Source: Anolis carolinensis (taxonomy: Eukaryota). Taken from it: DNA of 64,000 nucleotides. Below are positions 11,952 through 21,256 of the stretch, one piece after another. Below the pieces are notes generated by a model, which had not been told where the DNA came from, did not search any database, and was given only the letters and a program-made list of their open reading frames with translations. Both the position numbers and the translations under genes were made by a program. The first letter of the stretch is position 1, and every line of letters starts with the position of its first letter. The stretch covers positions 277,869,749 to 277,933,748 of the forward strand of contig NC_085842.1 of NCBI RefSeq assembly GCF_035594765.1. Reading direction: 5' to 3'.

Positions 11952-14900
11952 CTATGTGTCCATTTTGTCCAAAGTACCCATATACTTTTTCAGTAAGCTG
12001 CGATGGAATACTGGGTGTATTTTCCCTAAACTTTTTGGCAATGCCAACTGGAAAGTCACTTCGTTGATAACCCCCTGTATTCTGAATGGTCCAATATATT
12101 TGGGGCCCAATTTTCTCGAAGGTAGCCCCAATTTGATGTTTTGGGTACTTAACCACACTAAATCTCCTTTCTCCAATTTATCGCCTTCCACCCTTTTTCT
12201 GTCTGCGAATGTTTTATACTTTTTGTGTGCTTCCTTTAAGGATGCAGTCACTTGACTCCAGCATTCTAGCATTTGAGTTTTCCATTTCCCTGCCCCTGTT
12301 TCTTCATTCTCTGTCCATTTTGGCAACTGGGGCAGAGGCTGTATTTCATACCCGTAAACTACTTCAAAGGGAGTTTTATTTGTTGCTGAATGTATAGTCG
12401 AATTAAAAGCTAGTTCTGCGAAAGCCAGCCACTTAGACCAGTCATTTTGTCTCATGTTAGAGTACATTCGAAGGAACTGCCCAAGTGTCTGTTGAGTACG
12501 TTCTACTGCCCCGTTTGTCATGGGGTGAAAAGCAGAACTTAGACTCCTTTCTGCTCCTAGCATTTCCAAGAATTTTTCCCAAAATTTTGCTGTGAATTGA
12601 ACCCCTCTGTCACTGACCACTCTACTGGGACATCCATGAAGTTTGTAAATATGGTTTATGTATAATTCAGCTAGTTTTTCTGCCGATGGTAATTTTGTCA
12701 GTGCTATAAAGTGGGCCTGTTTAGAAAACAGGTCTAATACTGTCCAAATATAACGATGTCCTTTGCTAACCGGCAGTTCCCCCACAAAGTCCATAGCTAC
12801 ACATTCCCAAGGCCTGGTAGGTTCCGCTACTGTTTGTAATAATCCCATTGGCTTCCCTCCTCTCGATTTATTTCTGGCACAATCATCACATTGAACAACA
12901 TAATTCTTTATGTCCTTCCTCATTCCTGGCCACCAACAATGTTTTGCTATTGCCTTTGTTGTTTTTGTAATTCCTGTATGACCAGCGCTCTGGTTATTGT
13001 GAAAACGATGCAAAATCTTAATCCTTAATATTGCTGGGATATACAGTTTCTTGTTCACAAACCAAAATCCCCCCTTCTGCTCCCCCTTTTCTGCGTTGGA
13101 TGCGATCCACTGATCTCCTTCGTATGACTGTTTCAGTTCTTTTCCCCAACTACTTTCCCCGTCGAATTCAATAATAGCAGTGTTCTCTCTTTGGGTTTGC
13201 GCTCTTGTCCTGACAGCTAAGCCCCATTGTTTATCAGAGAATATTGTTCCCTCTTTTGCTGTGGTTATGCCTTCGTGTTGAGGCATGCGTGAAAGAGCAT
13301 CAGCCAAGACATTCTGTTTCCCTTGGAAAAACTTTAATTGGAAATCGAACCTGCTGAAGTATTGTGCCCATCTAATTTGTTTGGGGGACAATTTTCGAGG
13401 AGATTTTAAATACTGGAGGTTCTTATGGTCAGACCAAATTTCAAATGGGATTCCGCTCCCTTCGAGGAAGTGTCGCCAGCATTCTAAGGCTTTTAATATG
13501 GCTAATGCCTCTTTTTCCCATATGGGCCAACATTTTTCAGTTTCACTGAACTTCCGGGACAAATATCCACAAGGTTTTAAGTTCCCATTTTGATCCTTTT
13601 GCAATAGTACTGCCCCGTATGCACAGTCTGAAGCATCGCAATGGATTATGAAAGGGCTCCGGATATCGGGGTGTTTTAGGACGGGTTCTTCTGTGAAGCA
13701 TCCTTTTAGGGTTTCAAATGCCTTTTGGCATTCTGGCGTCCAACTCAGTTTGGCGCCAGGAGCTTTCACTTTTGCTGTCTCCCCTTTCCCTTTTGTTTTT
13801 AAAAGTTCAGTAAGGGGTGCGGTTATTTGCGCAAAGCCTTTTATGAACGATCTATAAAAATTTGCAAACCCCAGAAATGATTGCAATTGCCTCCTTGTTT
13901 GGGGTACTCCCCATTCTTTTACGTCTGATACTTTAGACGGGTCCATAGCTAACCCTTCTGGAGATATCCGATACCCCAGAAAGTCAATTTGAGTTTTATT
14001 AAATTCACATTTGGACAGTTTTGCATACAGCTTTGCTTCCCTTAGTCTCTGCAAAACTTCCCGGACCAATTCCACGTGCTTTTCTTTGTCTTCGCTCACG
14101 ATCAATATATCATCAAGGAATATGAATACCCCTCGGTACAACAATGGGTGCAGTATTTCATTTATAAGCTGCATAAAGCAACTGCCGCCATTTTTTAACC
14201 CAAATGGCAAAATTTTATATTCAAAATGGCCGAATGCGCAGGAAAATGCAGTTTTCCAAGTATCCTCAGGTTTGATTCTTAATTTATGATATGCTTCAAT
14301 TAAATCAAGTTTAGTAAATATGCTCCCTTTCTTCAATACGGTAATTAAATCCTTTACTAAGGGCATAGGGTATTTATTGTCCTTAGTAATTGCATTTAAA
14401 TTTCGATAGTCAATGCACAATCTTAGGGAGTTGTCTTTCTTTCTCCTAAATAACACTGGGGCTCCGAGAGGAGAACTGGATGGCTTAATGAAGCCTCGCG
14501 CCAGGTTCTTATCAATATATTTCCTCAATTCCTCCTTCTCCTGAACAGACATGGGATACACTTTTGGTTTTGGTAAGTTTGCTCCTGGGGTTATTTCAAT
14601 TTCTACTTCTATATTCCTCTTGGGAGGTAATTTACTTGCCTCTTTCTGATTGAAAACATCCACAAAGTCTCTGTATTCAGGTGGCAATAGCTGTGGGTCT
14701 ATTTCACCTGCTTCATCTTCCTCGTCCTCCTCTCCTGCTATTTTGCTTATCTCCCATTGCGTCTGTTGTTCTTTAAATGCTAGGCTCTTTCCTCTCCAAT
14801 CTACTTCGGGATTTGCCTGTTCGAGCCATGGGATCCCTAGTATTACGTGGTATGTGGCAATAGGGGCTATCACAAAGGATATTCTTCCTTCCCATTTGCC

Positions 14901-16772
14901 TATTTTACATGGGACCCCCCGTATTTCCTTTGTAGATACTTCCCCAGCAGCAACTGATCCATCTAGCTGCGAAAATGCAATTGGGGAGTCAAGCAATGTC
15001 TGCTGGCATTTCAGCGCTCCTGCTAGTTCCGGAGTTATAATGTTCCTAGAACAACCGCAATCCACGAATGCCCTGCAGGTGGCCCGATTCTCTAGCCCCG
15101 ATAGGCAGATTGGCACTACTAGCATGCGTTTGTCTCGACTCACCAGCCTTTCCGAAGATTCTGGGGCTCGCACCTCCTCCTCCGCTCGCCTCCCGGTTGC
15201 TGGCTTGGGCTTTGAGGGTTTTGGCGGCTCCCCCTTCCGGGCCCAACATTCTGCTGCTCGATGGCCCGTCTTCCCACATACAAAGCATCCCGGCTTGGGT
15301 TTGTTGTCATCTCCTTTGAAGGGGATCCCCGGCCTCCCTCCGGGCCTTTCCTGCTTCCTCGTTTCTCCTCGACCTCTCGCCACCGGTCTTTGCTGGCCGC
15401 CGCCGCCCCTGAAACGCTTTACTTGGGCCAGGGTGGATTCGACGCGCCCCGCTAGTTGTATCCAGCCCTGGAGTGTTTCTGGGTCGTCTCTGTGCGCTGC
15501 CCAACTAAAAACCTCGGGGCGTAGTCCCTCTTTAAATATCTCCACTTTGGTCACTTCAGACCACTCTGGTACCCTTTCCGCGAGATGGAGGAATTCCTCT
15601 GCGTACTCGGGCACCGTTTTGTCCCTCTGCTTTATTCCTTTAAGCTGGTCTCGAGCCCTCAATTGCTCTAGCCGGTCTCTGAACCGGTTTTCCAGTGCGG
15701 CGAGGAAGCGGGGCACTGACCTCAGGCATGGGTCGCGTCTGGCATGTAGTTGCACATACCAGCTGGCCGCTCCTCTCTTTAGTGTGTTGCCGATGGCCCG
15801 AACCATGCTTGCTTCGGAGGGGAATGTGTGTGCATTGTCTTCCATATATCCTCTGATGCTAATGAGGAAAAAGTTCAGTTCAGATGATTCCCCTCCGTAT
15901 TCCAGTTTGAGATCTTCCCTCCTTTGCATCCATTCTGCGGCCCGTTGATGCTGTCTGGGAGGCATGGGGAAGGGTTGCATCGGGTTTCCTTGGACGGCCC
16001 CTTTGAACACGCCGCGCCCCACTCCGGCGGTCGTTCTGCGCGGCTCCCGAAATTCTGCCGCTGCTGTCGGCCCTTCCACCCATCCGAATGCGGGCCTCGC
16101 TGTAGCCCCCGCACCTCGCCTTCCCTCGTCGTACAGCACATCCTCCTCCTCTTCCTGGATCTCCGGCTCCTCTCCGCCTTCGTCCGCTAATCCACTGGAC
16201 CCGATCCCTGGCCCCAGTGGTCTTTCCACCCCGACGCCCATTCGGGGGGTTGGAAGTTCTGTCGGAGTTGGCGGCCTCAGAGTTCCCAGAGCTTGCTGGC
16301 GCTCCATTTCGCGCGCCATTCTGTCTCGGAACTCCAGTTCCTGCCAGTATTCCTCATCCCCCTCGCCCCTCGCCTCCACGGGGCTCTGCGTTGAGGCGCG
16401 CTGGCCCCTCTGGCTCCAATCTCCTTCTTTACTTGGCTCTCTCTCGGCGCCATATCGGGTGGGCTCCTTTTGGAGATTCTCTTCCAATAGTGGCACCAAC
16501 CTCCCCACGGTTTCCGACAGCCTGGATAAATTAGTTTCCAGTATGGATAACCGCAGGGCCACGGTCTCCGGCATGCTTCCTCCAGATCCCCAACTGGTTT
16601 CTGCAGCCGCAGAGACGCCTCTTCCTCCTCTGGGAATCCTCTGGGTCACGCCGTTCGGCCTGGGGTACCCCGTAGAGGAAGCTATGGCTTGCAGCGTCTC
16701 TTCCCCCAACGGCCGGGCCCCTGGCAAAGGCCTCCCTGCTCCATTTGGGCTTTGATCTCCTTCTTCATTCAT
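11952..16772 (-). CDS. Gag-Pol polyprotein, single ORF, 1606 aa from ATG 16772 (ORF track starts at an upstream GTG, 16778)
   Basis: PEG10/LDOC1-like capsid region, CCHC knuckle CFVCGKTGHRAAEC, protease FVDCG, RT (LPFGLKN...FLDD), RNase H (CDAS...WSDH), integrase HHCC + D,D,E and GPF motif. Domain order PR-RT-RH-IN is Ty3/Gypsy. No chromodomain. Confidence 0.97.
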   Translation of the reverse strand: MNEEGDQSPNGAGRPLPGARPLGEETLQAIASSTGYPRPNGVTQRIPRGGRGVSAAAETSWGSGGSMPETVALRLSILETNLSRLSETVGRLVPLLEENLQKEPTRYGAEREPSKEGDWSQRGQRASTQSPVEARGEGDEEYWQELEFRDRMAREMERQQALGTLRPPTPTELPTPRMGVGVERPLGPGIGSSGLADEGGEEPEIQEEEEDVLYDEGRRGAGATARPAFGWVEGPTAAAEFREPRRTTAGVGRGVFKGAVQGNPMQPFPMPPRQHQRAAEWMQRREDLKLEYGGESSELNFFLISIRGYMEDNAHTFPSEASMVRAIGNTLKRGAASWYVQLHARRDPCLRSVPRFLAALENRFRDRLEQLRARDQLKGIKQRDKTVPEYAEEFLHLAERVPEWSEVTKVEIFKEGLRPEVFSWAAHRDDPETLQGWIQLAGRVESTLAQVKRFRGGGGQQRPVARGRGETRKQERPGGRPGIPFKGDDNKPKPGCFVCGKTGHRAAECWARKGEPPKPSKPKPATGRRAEEEVRAPESSERLVSRDKRMLVVPICLSGLENRATCRAFVDCGCSRNIITPELAGALKCQQTLLDSPIAFSQLDGSVAAGEVSTKEIRGVPCKIGKWEGRISFVIAPIATYHVILGIPWLEQANPEVDWRGKSLAFKEQQTQWEISKIAGEEDEEDEAGEIDPQLLPPEYRDFVDVFNQKEASKLPPKRNIEVEIEITPGANLPKPKVYPMSVQEKEELRKYIDKNLARGFIKPSSSPLGAPVLFRRKKDNSLRLCIDYRNLNAITKDNKYPMPLVKDLITVLKKGSIFTKLDLIEAYHKLRIKPEDTWKTAFSCAFGHFEYKILPFGLKNGGSCFMQLINEILHPLLYRGVFIFLDDILIVSEDKEKHVELVREVLQRLREAKLYAKLSKCEFNKTQIDFLGYRISPEGLAMDPSKVSDVKEWGVPQTRRQLQSFLGFANFYRSFIKGFAQITAPLTELLKTKGKGETAKVKAPGAKLSWTPECQKAFETLKGCFTEEPVLKHPDIRSPFIIHCDASDCAYGAVLLQKDQNGNLKPCGYLSRKFSETEKCWPIWEKEALAILKALECWRHFLEGSGIPFEIWSDHKNLQYLKSPRKLSPKQIRWAQYFSRFDFQLKFFQGKQNVLADALSRMPQHEGITTAKEGTIFSDKQWGLAVRTRAQTQRENTAIIEFDGESSWGKELKQSYEGDQWIASNAEKGEQKGGFWFVNKKLYIPAILRIKILHRFHNNQSAGHTGITKTTKAIAKHCWWPGMRKDIKNYVVQCDDCARNKSRGGKPMGLLQTVAEPTRPWECVAMDFVGELPVSKGHRYIWTVLDLFSKQAHFIALTKLPSAEKLAELYINHIYKLHGCPSRVVSDRGVQFTAKFWEKFLEMLGAERSLSSAFHPMTNGAVERTQQTLGQFLRMYSNMRQNDWSKWLAFAELAFNSTIHSATNKTPFEVVYGYEIQPLPQLPKWTENEETGAGKWKTQMLECWSQVTASLKEAHKKYKTFADRKRVEGDKLEKGDLVWLSTQNIKLGLPSRKLGPKYIGPFRIQGVINEVTFQLALPKSLGKIHPVFHRSLLKKYMGTLDKMDT

Positions 16773-16811
16773 TATCACTTCACTGCGAATCCGCAGGAGG
16801 GTGAGAACGGG

Positions 16812-16822
16812 ATTCTCGACTT
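16812..16822 (-). promoter_or_regulatory. Self-priming primer binding site (AAGTCGAGAAT)
   Basis: Starts after a 3-nt spacer (TTT) following the 5' LTR, lacks the TGG of tRNA PBSs, exact complement of LTR 16918-16928. Confidence 0.85.
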
Positions 16823-16825
16823 AAA

Positions 16826-17187
16826 TGTCCGGCTCACTTCAAAGGACCAGTCTGAACGCAGATCAAAGATAGCTGCTCTCAAATCCAATCTTTATTGAAG
16901 AATACATGACTTTGGAAAAGTCGAGAATGACCTAATGTTTACATACAATCATTTTTATCACCTCTGATGCAACGTAACACCACACGCAAATATCATCATC
17001 AAACCCCACCCCTTGTATCACATTTCTACTATTCCCACACACTATACCAATTATAATTGTTTATACTTTCAACCCCGAGTTCCCAGGCTCATTCTATCTT
17101 CTTCTGCCAGGTGCTTCCAGGATTATTTATGTTATGACTCCAAGTCCAGGGCTTGGAAATTCAGCCCTGGGACTTGGTTCCATGACA
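16826..17187 (-). repeat. 5' LTR (TATA-like GATAAAAA 16952-16959, predicted TSS about 16928, AATAAA 16891-16896)
   Basis: Direct repeat of 11515-11876; motif order fits U3-R-U5. Confidence 0.97.
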
Positions 17188-17326
17188 CAGGAATACATTC
17201 TCTGTTGCTTAACAAGTGTTTTACCTCATCTTTTCTGTTTCTGTTTCCCTGAGACAGCTTTGACTCCTTCTTAGAATATCACAACAGTGATTCCTGTTTT
17301 AATTACTTTTTGATTAGACTACTGTG

Positions 17327-17485
17327 TCAAACCAGCATGGTACAATGGTAAAGACCAGGTTTGAATCCCCACTCAACCATGGAAGCTCTCTGGGTGACCT
17401 TGGGCAAATCACACTCTTTGAGCTTCTGAAGAAGGCAAAGCAAATCTTATCAGAACAAACCTTGTCTAGGAAACCCCATAACAGG
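17327..17485 (+). mobile_element. Old tRNA-derived squamate SINE (related copies near 34430-34620 -, 37255-37480 -, 57920-58085 -, 58437-58640 +, tails near 5900, 9650, 21600)
   Basis: Shared A/B-box-like head (GGTTCGAATCCC-like), CTGGGTGACCTTGGGCAAGTCAC core and RTE-like tail ...GACTTGAAGGCACACAAC. Confidence 0.6.
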
Positions 17486-17647
17486 TATCAATTCCACTGC
17501 GTTCCAGTTTGCCTGCAGTTGGTTTTGACCAACAAAATGGCTTGAAACCAAGAGAGTTTAATGACTGGCTTCTCCCATATGAGCTTATTGAGAATTTGAA
17601 AGTCTCAAACAATGGATATACATTTTATTTATTTTTATTTTTATTTT

Positions 17648-17904
17648 AAAAGGTAAAGGTTTTCCCCTGACATTAAGTCCAGTCGTGACCGACTCTGGGG
17701 GTTGGTGCTCATCTCCATTTCTAAGCCGAAGAGCCGGCGTTGTTCGTAGACACCTCCAAGGTCATGTGGCCGGCATGACTGCATGGAGCGCCATTACCTT
17801 CCCGCCAGAGCGGTACCTATTGATCTACTCACATTTGCATGTTTTCGAACTGCTAGGTTGGCAGGAGCTGGGGCTAACAGCGGGTGCTCATTCCGCTCCC
17901 GGGA
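17648..17904 (-). mobile_element. Sauria SINE (5'-truncated)
   Basis: (ACCTTT)n tail and characteristic body CGGTACCTATTGATCTACTCACATTTGCATGTTTTCGAACTGCTAGG. Confidence 0.85.
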
Positions 17905-18180
17905 TTTATTTATTTATAGTATTTATATTCTGCCCTTCTCACCCCAAAGGGGACTCAGGCAGATCACAGAACATACATATGCAGCAAACATTCAATACCG
18001 TTTATATGCTGACAAGACAGACAATTGTACATAGATAGAGGTATATATAGGCTTTTCCCATCTTCAGCATCTTGGGGGCTTGTGCTCGGTTCCAGCTATT
18101 GGCAGGTGGGGTGCTGTCGCTCCATCTCCCTGCTAAAGAGCTTTGTTTGTAAACTTCTTCCTTGATCAAATTGCTGGCAT
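17905..18180 (-). mobile_element. LINE 3' end (L2-type tail)
   Basis: Reverse complement CTGAGTCCCCTTTGGGGTGAGAAGGGCAGAATATAAATA...(TAAA)n. Confidence 0.55.
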
Positions 18181-20572
18181 TTTAATGAATCAAGTACTAA
18201 ATTAGTATTTTTATTTAGTGGTTGTATTTAATAGATTTGTATTCTGCCAACACAAAAGAACATTTATCAAAAGTGTAAAGAGACATAAATCAATCCAGAG
18301 TTGTACATATCAAAACAAGACCAAAAGCAATGAAAAGACACCTACCAAGAAAACACGGGGAAAATACAATGGTGTTTTACATGGTGCATGAAGGCAAAAA
18401 ATATAAGTACTAGGAGCACTTCAGTTCCATAGTTAAGAAGTCACAGCTCGAAAAGCCCTATTTTGCATAATTTCAATAGGAGGACTACCTCAGTAAACTT
18501 TTAAGAGAGGTCATCTTATTTTTGTTTCTCATTCCCTAAATATGTTCTATCATAATATCTGGCATATAAAGTTTCACCAAGCTTATTAGGAGAGACAAAA
18601 AGTTGACTCGGAACAATTTTGTAGGGATGGGAGAGAATTTTGTTTCATTTGCATTTTTAAGTGAACCCAACCTAGTTTGTATCACCCAGATGAATATACA
18701 GATAATAACATAATATGCAAAGGGATCATGTAACAACTTCGAGACTAAGTCTGAGGCACTAGACTTTGTCTACGAAACCTTGTGCTACCACTTTTGGTCT
18801 CTCATTCTATAAGGTCCTACAAGATCCCTTTGCAAACCTATATTCCAGACCAACACTGATATTCAAAGGCAGCATATCTTCTACAAACTGTGCATTTCTC
18901 AAAAACTTGGGGTACATTTTTGGCTCAATTGTGGCATGAAAGATGCTTCAGTTAAGGAAAGTTTCAAAAAATGCATCTTAGGGAAATTGTATATGAAAAT
19001 AAAGGCAAATATTTGTGTGTTAAAATCACAGACTGGTGGAAAACTGGCATGAAACAGACTTATGAATGAATGAATTTATGCAGAACTGGCACAAATGCCC
19101 CTAATATTTGTGAGAAATTTATTAACTCATCTATTGATCAGTGCTTATCCTTATTGTGAGGGACTTGTACTGGCATGCCAAAAAATATGGTAATTGCTGT
19201 ATCTATAATCTAGATTCTGGACTTCTAGAGTCTAGAAGTCCAGAGTCTCATTTTTCTATTTAACTTTCCTCTCACTTTAGTTTATAGTCGGAATTGTTTG
19301 ATGAGACAATGGGTGGGTGTGTTGACTTAAGTTAGATGCTGAAATAAGTGGTCAGTTTTGACATACTCTATTTATTCAGTGAGCAGTTTTTTCAGATTCT
19401 TCATCTTTAGGCAAAGGTCACTCACATCGGTGAAAGCACTCCAATGACATGCCCTTGGAAAATAAATTTCAGGTTGGCAGAGGCTCCATACATATTTTCC
19501 TTGAAAGGATATATTCTGGCATGAAGAAGGAGAAAAAATGTCCATGTATACTAGTGTATAGTACCATAAAAATAATGTTTAGGTGTCTCCACTTTCTGTA
19601 TATGTACTAACTGGGTACCCAGTGCAAATGAATGTACAGCTGCTGAATGGATAAATCAACACATGAGAACGCGTACAGTGTTTGTGTCACATGTATAGTC
19701 CCAAAGCTGTCCTGAGAATGTTCTTATTAGTCAACAAAGTAAACTATAACATTTTTATGTTATTGCTTTATGACCTAGTACTTCTATAATTTCTGATAGA
19801 AGTTGATTGATATGCCATACATTATCATACATTCTTTTAATAGTGTCAGACAAGAATATGTATAAATGCATTTATGGAATTCTCAGTGGCTGCTGCTTAG
19901 TGTAGGACCTCTGTTCCCTAAAGATGCATTTAACATCTTCTAGATTGGTTTGGAACAGCTTTTAGAAATAAGATGACATTAGGGGAAAAGGACTTGGTAA
20001 ACCTTTTTAAGTTGGGTAAAGGCCATCTTAGATGTTATGCTTTCATAATTTTACAAGGATTGTGCAAAATAATGGTCTTATTTACAAATAAAAAAACTAG
20101 AAGTGACTAGAAGTCACTTTTCATTTTGGGGGAAAAATATCCCCTCCTGGTCCTGAAACCATTATAAGGCCAAAGATACTGCAGAATTGTCCTGTAGAGA
20201 GCAAGAAGGCATTTTCTAGAAAGAAAATTGGGGTGTCGGGTAGCACTATACTTGGCCTACCCCTGTTCCAAAGTGTTACATCTCTAAAATATAATTCCAA
20301 AGAGGGATTTCTTTGGAGTTATATTTTAAATCTGTTCTTAAACTTTAAAAATTTTGAAGCACTAGAGGAAGATCCCATTACTATATATGGAGTTCATGAC
20401 TACCATTAAATATTGTGCACAAACTTACCTTTTACTTCAAAGGGCATCTATGATCATATCTCCTGGGATTCTCTCAGGATACCAAAAACAATCAAACCTT
20501 AAATATTTTTGTTATCTAGTTAGACTGAAAGCTTGATTTTTTTTGTAAACCAGTTGAAGAGGTCAAAAATCA

Positions 20573-21256
20573 GGGCATATCCACACAGTACCAAAATCCA
20601 CACCAAAGTGGGTTTAAATGACCTGCTTTGGCATGGATTTCTGTCCCTACTCGCCCAAAAAAAAACTGGGCTTTCCGGGCGGGGAGGTGGCTACATGCCA
20701 TCTCAATTAAAATCGGGATAGCATAAAACCACCCCGAAGGCCTGCAATTTCCTCCTAAAAATAACTTTAAAGGTACTTGGCTACCATAACTTCCCTCCTG
20801 ACATCCTCCTGGCATGAGGAAATGACACCTGAGGAGAGAGAAGGGACAAGGAGGAAAATCCCTCGCTCCTCCGTCTCCTCATGTCATTTCCTTGCACCAG
20901 GAGGACACGAGGAGGAAAGTTATGGTGGCCAGGTACCTTTTAAGTTACTTTTAGAGGCTAAATAGGGGCTTGGAGGGAGGTGTGTGTGCCATCCCACACC
21001 TTTGGGCTTCAGGAGCCCAAAAGATTCGGGGTGGTAATGCAGACTCGCCCCGGGTAGTCCCAGGACGTGAGTCTCTGCAGACCCAATACCCCATTAGACC
21101 TCGACCTTTCAGCCAGGACCGGATCTAATGGGGTATCAAATTAATTTGGAACAAACCAAGGTTCTGAATTAATGTGTTTTTACCGTAGTCATAGTTTGGA
21201 CACCTTTAGTAAAAACAGAGATTGGTCCGGGTTTTGGGGCCTGTCTGGATGGACCC
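20573..21256. mobile_element. Non-autonomous PIF/Harbinger-like DNA transposon with internal hairpins
   Basis: Imperfect TIRs GGGCATATCCACACAG / CTGTCTGGATGGACCC, 3-bp TSD TCA (20570-20572, 21257-21259). Confidence 0.65.

Larger units (their letters stand above)
11515..17187 (-). mobile_element. Full-length Ty3/Gypsy LTR retrotransposon (Tf1/sushi-like), 5673 bp
   Basis: Two 362-bp LTRs (TG...CA) identical by eye, duplicated flank CAGGAA (11509-11514 and 17188-17193), intact gag-pol ORF, PBS and PPT. Confidence 0.97.
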
